DNA of 64,000 bases from Hydrolagus colliei (Eukaryota): the NCBI GenBank assembly GCA_035084275.1, contig CM068752.1, positions 7,936,001-8,000,000 on the forward strand, written 5' to 3'. Shown in pieces: positions 49,381 through 64,000 of the stretch (positions within the stretch are counted from its first letter, which is position 1; each line of letters opens with the position of its first letter). The notes beneath the pieces are model-generated. The model was given only the letters and a program-made list of their open reading frames with translations. It did not search any database and was not told where the DNA came from. The translations under genes and the position numbers were made by a program.

Positions 49381-49710
49381 TAAAATCCTTCCATTTTGAT
49401 ATAACGCTTTTCACGTCTTCTGGACATCTCAAAGCGCTTCACTGAATATACTGTAAATGAACTGACTGTACAGTATAATTTGTGGGCGAAACATGACAGC
49501 CAGTTGAGCGCAGCCGCGTCCCCACAAACAGTTGTGGATTGAAATTATTAATTTTAGTATCGTATTTTTTCTTGGAGGGATTATTATTAGGCATATGTGT
49601 GGGTGTGGAGTCAGGAAACTTGCCCAAGGTTTTGCCCTGATCTGCCTGGATTCGAACACAGTTTTCACGCTTGTAAGGCGAGTGCTCTAATCACTGAGCT
49701 GCAGGACTCC
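49381..49710 (-). mobile_element. Full-length tRNA-derived Deu-type SINE
   Basis: Reverse complement has the A box, B box, core and tail. Confidence 0.85.
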
Positions 49711-50174
49711 CACACAAACGCAAGTCGTTCTTGTTCCATGTGACCTCTGACCTCCTGACACGTGGCCCTGAAAAAGAGCAAACAGACAAATCTCAAGACA
49801 AGAGTACAAATCCCATCCTTCTATATCGCACAGGCTCAGATGCTTGCATATTACGGCTGTAATTCATTGTTGATGCTGATAAGAAAATAGACTGATTAAT
49901 TCAGGTAGAGATTAATGATCCTGTGTCGTGAACACCCATTGTAGGAGGATTATTGTCCTGGAGTAACCGCTCTTGTTTCTATCATGCCGTGGGACCCTCA
50001 GCATTTGGCCCGCAAAATGCACAGACACTACACTTTACAGTATATCTTCTGTAACGCATAGAGATTAAGGATTATTATTATTCACCTAAACAGACCAAAA
50101 CACAACCACTACACCAGCCGCGTTCCAAGATGTTTCGATGTCATAAGCGAAGGTGTTAAATGCGAAGGATATTA

Positions 50175-50490
50175 GCTCCTGTAGCTCAGTGGTTAGACCA
50201 CTCGCCCTACAAGCGTGAGACCTATGTTTGAATCCAAGCAGATCAGGGCGAAACCTTGGGCAAGTTTTCTTATTTCAAACACACGCTTAATAATAATCCC
50301 TAGAAAAAAACACACTATAATAAAAGTTGGTCATTTCAATCCACGACTATTTGTGGGGACACGGCTGTGCGCAATTGGCTACCACGTTTTGCCTACAACT
50401 ATACAGTCAATTCACTTTACAATATATTCTGTGAAGTGCTTTGAGACGTCAATAAGATTTGAAAAATGCTATATCAAATACAAGGATTGT
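50175..50490 (+). mobile_element. Full-length tRNA-derived Deu-type SINE
   Basis: tagctcagtggttag head, gtttgaatcc B box, core and tail. Confidence 0.85.
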
Positions 50491-53400
50491 ATTGTATATT
50501 TCACTTGATCTGGACTCAGTATCTGAGGGGAGTTTGACTGTTTGTTTGCTTTCTCTGTTTGACAGCTTTCTTCAGCAGCCTGTGGAATGGATCTGAATTG
50601 GCACAGTATAGAAAGCTGGTCTGTGCTGCAGAGAGAGAGACTGTTGCCTGCATATGTATTTGTTTTGGCTTTCAGGCCCCGGTCTGTGGGTATAAGTGCA
50701 GACTGACTGCGAGAATGTCCAGTTAAAGCAAGGGTGAGATTAGATTACACTGCGTTTGTCTGAGTAAAGTCTCTCTCTCCCTTTCTGTAGCTTGTGCTGT
50801 TCTAGATTAAAGGTTTCCAACACAATTGTTTGGGGGTCAGCTGGGCGTTGTCTGACACGTGTGGAAACCCGACACACTGTGTTTAAAGAGTCTCCAAACC
50901 AAACTGAGGATAGATACTATGCATCCCAACTAGACATGGAAATTGCAGAGATAGATTCTCTCTCCCTAGAGCGATGCGCTCTGTTTACATAATTCCAGAA
51001 AGTATTAGTTGCTTCAGCAATTCCAACGTTTAACATACAAATATGTAAAATAAAATCTGCACTGAGGCTGCCTCCAATAGTTCAGTGAGTTTGTCGATTG
51101 AGCAACAGAGCCTCAGAGAGGCCTGAGTTTAATTCTGGCTTGCACTCAGGCTGATCTCAATTAAGAGCGGCACTTCCAGTGATCTCCGTGATCCTAGCTG
51201 TGGGAGAGAACATCAACCAAGTTTCCTGAGCCAGACACGTATTAAAGAAGGATGGATTTCTGATTATTGTACAATAATCTAATAATTTTTTCATTGGATG
51301 GAGTGCTTTATTACGGTGTTGTGACGTCTCACAATACTGCACAGAATATAAAGTGGCTGGACTGTATATTTTGTGGGCAAAACACGCCAGTCAATTACAC
51401 ATAGCGGTGTCCCAGAAAACATCATGGAGTTGAATCATCTAATCACATCGAAAATGCCCATGGAAAGGAACCCAGGTCAGAGAAGGAAATATGGGATTAA
51501 AAGCATTCAGGAGATAATCATGAGGTGGGGTGTGGGGAGGAGTTGGGCGGGGTGGGTAAAGGAATATTAAAAAAATCCACATATTAAATCATTCATGGAT
51601 AATTTCTCCTCCGAAACATACGAAGGCTTCAGTAATCTTTAACAGAAGCAGTGTTGAAGCAGAGTGCCTGGTTTGGGTTATTATATTAAAAGTCACCACC
51701 CCTTGCTGTGCTGCTAAAGAGTGCTCTCTCTGTATTCCAGATGTCAATCACTGCACACATACAGTCAGAGCCAGAGTCTTGGCCATCTCTCTCTGCTGGG
51801 AAAGTGACTTGAATAGGCGCCGTCTGTTAGAAGGGACTGAGAGGCTGTTCACTAAATGAATCCAGATTTGTGAACCTTGTGTATGTCGATGAACCAAATC
51901 TGGAGACACATTGGGTTATGGTGTTTCCAAAGGTGCAAACGTCATGTTTTTTTTTAAATTCTCCTGTTCGCAACTCGTACTGAATTGTTTGCTTGTTCAG
52001 GTTTGATTTGTTTTGCTTTCTGGGGGTAATAACAACCACAACAATAATCCCTCGCGGAAAAATAAGTGGTCACTCACTCCACGACTGTTTGTGTGCAATT
52101 AGCTGCCACGTTTTTCCCACAGATAGACAGTAAATCAACTTTGTAACATATTCTATGAAGCGTTTGAGATGCTTCAATCATCTGATTCGGTACTATATTA
52201 AATACACAGATTATTATTGGTAGTAGTATTATTATTTGGAAGCCGTTTCAAGAGCTATGGAAAACCGCCTTTGACGTTACAAGTAGATTGAAGGATTTTC
52301 CACAAACTGGCACAGTTTTAAAACTAGGTGGAATTTGCGCCTTGGGTCATCAAAGCATGTATATTCGTGTCAAATATCCCAAGCATTCTCAGATTGCACA
52401 ATGAGATCAAAACCCAAACCCTGAAAGCTTATTAGTCAGTGTGAATTCCCAACCTCAAAAGGACAAAGGTGTGAATTTATGGTCGCTCCTTAAACAGCAG
52501 AACCAGAGACAGACTGTCTCCAAGTTTTGGATTGTCTCTTTCACACGTAGACATCAAAGGGAAGGGAAGTCACTTTCAATTTTGTTAACCCTCATCAAAC
52601 AGAATAGCAAAAGGAACAGGCTCCCTAGGGAGAAGGTGCAAGCAAAAAGTCTTGATCCCTTTTCAAGAACAAATTAGATACATTTCTGTATGGAAATGAT
52701 AATAATAAAATAGTATATATTGTAATTGGGTACATGGCATGTGCAAGGATAGTGGAAGGCAAACTGGATGAACCTTGGTCTTCTTTCGTCCAGCATTGTT
52801 CCTATAAGGTTGAAAATTGCAGGGCTGAAAACCCCCAAATTTAGGGAGAGTGTGGAGAGGGAGCTTTACTCTGTACAAGAACAACATTAAACTTGTATAG
52901 CGTCTTCCATGTCAGGAGGATGTCCCAAGGCGCAGGACATTCACTGCTTCACTGTACAGTATGAATTGGGCAGTTTAATGAGAGATTATTGGCCACAACA
53001 GCTAATAATTTTACCTGCCACTGGCTCCTGATACCAACCAACCCACAGCAAACATCAATAACTGTTACAAAAATTTCAGATTTTGATACTCCATGATAAT
53101 GTTACAAATATTCTTCCACCCACTGTATACTTTTGTTACCTCCTCAACTGAAATCTACAACAGGTTTATTCACCTGTTAAACTATATAATCTTTTGACCT
53201 TAGTTTAGCATGTTACATATTGGAAGTTTTTAATGAAATACATGTAATACTCTCATAGATACTTTAGGAATCAATCTCAATCACAGATTCTTCCCAATAA
53301 AATTATTGCTTTGAAATGATCTGACAGTGTTAGGTTGAAACCATTGGAAATGATGACAGGTATTCTGTTTCTAATAATAATCCTTGCATTTGACATAGCA

Positions 53401-53563
53401 CCTTATCACGTCTTCCGTGTTTCGTGTTTCGCCCCAAAAATATAGTCACTAAGCTTTATAGTTTCACTTCCTGCGACATGCTCTGAGACGTCTCAGGAGA
53501 CATAAACAAGGTGCTATTATCAAATGTAAAGATTATTATTGTGAACATTGAGGTGGAAAGAGT

Positions 53564-53890
53564 GGAGTCCTGTAGGTAGCTCAGTAGTTAGAGGACTCGC
53601 CTTGCAAGCAAGAGACCTGGGTTTGATTCCCGGCAGGTCAGGGCGAAACCTCGGGCAATTTTCCTTACTACACACACACACACACATACGCCTGATAATA
53701 ATCCTGCACAAAACCAATGATAATGTGGTTATTTCAATCCTTGACCATTTGTGGGACGCTGCTGTGCGCAATTGGCTGCCGCATTTCGCCCGCAAATATA
53801 CAGTCGCTTCATTTTACAGTATATTCTGTGAAGCGCTTTGAGACACAGTCCAGAAGACGCGGAGAGCTCTGCATCAAATGGAAAGGTTTT
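53564..53890 (+). mobile_element. Full-length tRNA-derived Deu-type SINE
   Basis: Head, core and tail as in the other copies. Confidence 0.8.
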
Positions 53891-54069
53891 TACGACTGTA
53901 ATTATGACTGTTATGCTTCTCAGTCCTGGCTGGACAAGGTGATGGGATGATGTAGGAAAGCGATGGACAGGACTGAGGGTCCAGTGATCACAGGGACCAG
54001 CCCACAGCAACGTGACGCTGGCAGGATAATCTGCGCCTGCGTGGGGAAGGACTTAGAGGAGAAGCTGAG

Positions 54070-54245
54070 AGAGAAGCACAGATAGAGAAGGGGGAGACAG
54101 AGATAGAGAAGGGGGGACAGAGATAGAGAAGGGGGAGAGAGATAGAGAAGGGGGGGACAGAGATAGAGAAGGGGGAGAGAGATAGAGAAGGGGGGACAGA
54201 GATATAGAAGGGGGAGAGAGATTCAAAGAGAGAGAGAGAGAGAAG
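54070..54245. repeat. Purine-rich tandem repeat (acagagatagagaagggggg-like units)
   Basis: Visible tandem units of about 20 bp. Confidence 0.8.
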
Positions 54246-54647
54246 TGGGCACAAGAGAGGGAGAGGCAGAAAGAGAGAGACTAGGTCTTGGTATAGGGAG
54301 AAAGAGGGGAGAGAAAGAAAGGCTCAGGCAGACAGACGGAAAGAGAGAGAGAGAGAGCAAGGCTTAGAGAGAGGGACTGGGGTCTTGAGATAGAGAGAAG
54401 GAGCGAGGCAGAGAGGAGCGAGAGAGTGGGGAAGAGAACATAAGAGAGAGAGAGAGAGAGAACTGGATCTGAGATACGAGAGAGGCTGAGAGGAAAGGGG
54501 GAGGGGGGGTGTGAGAGACAGAGTGTGACAGTCTGAATTACAGAAATTGACATCCACTATCTGCCCAGTGGCAGCTTCTCTCCGGGGATTACAGCGGACT
54601 TTACTTCTGTCTGTCCTGTGTTTAAGGTAAGAATTAGCTGAGCAGTT

Positions 54648-55512
54648 TTGGGAGCTGGGCTGTGTGTGCGTTGGGCTGTGTGTGTGTGTTGGGAGCTGGG
54701 CTGTGTGTGTGTGTGTGTTGGGAGCTGGGCTGTGTGTGTTGGGAGCTGGGCTGTGTGTGTGTGTGTGTTGGGAGCTGGGCTGTGTGTGTGTGTTGGGAGC
54801 TGGGCTGTGTGTGTGTGTGTTGGGAGCTGGGCTGTGTGTGTGTGTGTTGGGAGCTGGGCTGTGTGTGTTGGGAGCTGGGCTGTGTGTGTGTTGGGAGCTG
54901 GGCTGTGTGTGTGTGTTGGGAGCTGGGCTGTGTGTGTGTTGGGAGCTGGGCTGTGTGTGTGTGTTGGGAGCTGGGCTGTGTGTGTGTTGGGAGCTGGGCT
55001 GTGTGTGTGTTGGGAGCTGGGCTGTGTGTTGGGAGCTGGGCTGTGTGTGTGTTGGGAGCTGGGCTGTGTGTGTTGGGAGCTGAGCTGTGTGTGTGTGTGT
55101 TGGGAGCTGGGCTGTGTGTGTGTGTGTGTTGGGAGCTGGGCTGTGTGTGTGTGTGTTGGGAGCTGGGCTGTGTGTGTGTTGGGAGCTGAGCTGTGTGTGT
55201 GTGTTGGGAGCTGGGCTGTGTGTGTGTTGGGAGCTGGGCTGTGTGTGTGTTGGGAGCTGGGCTGTGTGTGTGTGTTGGGAGCTGGGCTGTGTGTGTGTTG
55301 GGAGCTGGGCTGTGTGTGTGTGTTGGGAGCTGGGCTGTGTGTGTGTGTTGGGAGCTGGGCTGTGTGTGTGTTGGGAGCTGGGCTGTGTGTGTGTGTGTGT
55401 TGGGAGCTGGGCTGTGTGTGTGTTGGGAGCTGGGCTGTGTGTGTGTGTTGGGAGCTGGGCTGTGTGTGTGTTGGGAGCTGGGCTGTGTGTGTTGGGAGCT
55501 GGGCTGTGTGTT
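54648..55512. repeat. Compound minisatellite [ttgggagctgggc(tg)n] in probable intron 1 of the UGDH-like gene
   Basis: More than 30 tandem units with a variable TG spacer, starting about 20 nt after the donor AAG|GTAAGA at 54626. Confidence 0.92.
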
Positions 55513-57485
55513 GTGTTGGCTGGTGGGGGTGCAGCAGATCATTGTATTTAATATGATTTTAAAACCAAACCCGGGGAGATCTTTTTAACCGGCTGATGAC
55601 CCACAGCTCCCCAAGGTCGGGCCTCATTGCTCAACTTGTCTTTCATCCCGAGCCCTGGCTCCTTCCTCACAGATTGGTGGGGGGTGGGGGTGGGGGTAAC
55701 GTTGAGGCTCCTCATCCCTGGGGAGGTGGGGGAAGGGTTCACACTCTTTGGGGTTTGGAGAAAACTTTTCATCCAAGTGTCATGTCAACTTTGGGTTGAA
55801 AATTTGGATTTCCTCACGTTTTATGCATAGTTTACATATTATTATGAATTTCATAATAATTTGATCACTTCAATCCAGGACTATTTGTGGTTCGTACACT
55901 GCTGTGAGCAATCGCCCACAAACTATATGGTCAATTCACTTTCCGGTATATTCTGTCAAATGCTTTTGAGACATCTCGAAGACGCTGTATCACTCGAAAG
56001 TATTATTATAGCTTGGATAGGACTGGGGCTCAACTAGAGAGAGACATTGTGAGTTACACAAAGTTTCTAAAGTTACTGATGGTGTAAGCTCCAAAATGGG
56101 ACGTGTGGCACTAAGCATTAGGTGTGTCTGGTCAGTTGTCTCTCTAGATATCTCCCCAAATTTTTCCTAAATAGCAAAACAATTATCGTAAACATGTAAT
56201 TAAAACTCTTATCAACAAAAACAAAATTCAGTCAATCCACTTTACAGTACAATTTGAGAAGCGCTCTGAGACGCCTCAACCTTGTGATGTATTAATTGCA
56301 AGGATTATTATTATAATTATTCCAGCATCCTAAAATGACTGCAGATGTGGAGATCTGGCTAGTTTACATTGGTTATTAGAGTTGGGTGACTGGAGTTTTC
56401 GCTGGGTTTGAGGGAACTTCCTAATAACAATGATCAACTAAACAAGGAATGTTTTTTTGGGGAAAGGAAGGGCTAATATCTTCTATTGCTTTGCAAGGAA
56501 CTGTAGGTACTGTTACTGTTAATTACCCAATGAAATAACTGAAGTTGCATGGAATCCTTTGCCCTGAATGTTCTTTATTGCCATCTGCTGGGTTTAACTA
56601 TTTTTAACTATTTTTTGTCTTTATTGCCCCCTTCCCCCACCAAAAAAGTTCATTTGCGTTGATCTGGAACATGACGTGTGCAAGCTACTGCCAGGATGGT
56701 GGAAGGCAAACTGGATGGAGGCATCTAGCATTCCTTATGTGTTTTGGATTTGATGTGTGAAGAGAGATGAGAAGGGACATTCATTAATGCATGGTTGTAA
56801 GGAGGGGGGTAGGTTGCTGGATGTTGCTAACACACCGTGTTGCAATGCTGCGATGAGGGCCTCGGTTGACTTCACAAACACAAGCTGCTTTGCGTAGATT
56901 GAGAGAATGTTGCTACTGTTGCTGAGAGGTGGATTGTGGAGGTCTGAGATACGCAGCAACTGCTCCATTGAATGGGGAAAGATGACCGACCGACTCAGCT
57001 TTGAGCAGCGGCAGTTCCGCTAATGGCTGTCTGGGTAGGTTTATCACAGTGTTGCGTTACAGAGACAGCGAGGTTACTGGCTCTCACCCACACCTGTGCT
57101 GATCCTAATTAATTTATTATTCAAGCGTTTCACCCACAAAAGCCACAAAATATTCTGTGAGGCTCTTGTGAGATGTCTCGGAAGATGTGATGAGGCACTG
57201 TTTCAAATGCAATAGTCATTATTATTATGAATTGGGTCAGTGCTCAGGTTTGCATTTGGTTACCATGAGTGTGTATGTGTATGAGTACATGTGAAATCAG
57301 CCAGGATTCTTATTTCTGATCACTTTCCCAGGCTTACTCCCTGGAAATGCAAAACGCTACACTTACTGTATGTTGAGTCTCAAATCGCTGTATCCTTCCA
57401 AATATTATTTTCTAAAAGGGAATCTATCCTAATATGTCTATGAGTGAATCGGTCAATGTTTTCCTCTCACGGACAGGCTGCTCCC

Positions 57486-64000
<6,515 letters not shown>

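Noticed and set aside
50175-50250. tRNA-like sequences here and at 33843, 45694, 49640 and 53564
   Set aside because: These are SINE heads continuous with the SINE body and tail, not tRNA genes.
50545-50800. Cluster of splice-like signals between IK and the UGDH-like gene
   Set aside because: The best-defined candidate exon has stops in all three frames and nothing resembles WDR55, DND1 or HARS.
54634-55588. 302-aa Cys/Val-rich and His/Thr-rich ORFs
   Set aside because: Artefacts of the ttgggagctgggc(tg)n array.

Overview
Eukaryotic (vertebrate) genomic DNA. Most likely a cartilaginous fish, probably a chimaera; this is inferred from the dense Deu-type tRNA-SINEs, L2/CR1 fragments, shark-type repeats and short introns. 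I reconstructed the exon chains by hand from splice signals and reading-frame continuity. Gene order: APBB3 (-, 3' end outside window), SLC35A4 locus (+, bicistronic: spliced 103-aa upstream microprotein plus intronless 324-aa transporter), an unnamed 17-coding-exon gene (-, ~661 aa) with a kinesin-like motor fold lacking all nucleotide-binding motifs followed by a coiled-coil tail, TMCO6 (+), NDUFA2 (-, missed by the ORF track), IK/RED (+), and a UGDH-like gene (+, runs off the window end). The order matches human 5q31.3 (APBB3-SLC35A4-CD14-TMCO6-NDUFA2-IK) with two differences: the kinesin pseudo-motor gene occupies the CD14 slot, and a UGDH copy follows IK (probable ohnolog of the 4p14 UGDH near APBB2). 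Other highlights are a 6-nt neural-type microexon in APBB3, a minor-spliceosome intron with AT-AA ends in IK, two GC-AG introns and a 50-bp inverted repeat between convergent 3' ends.
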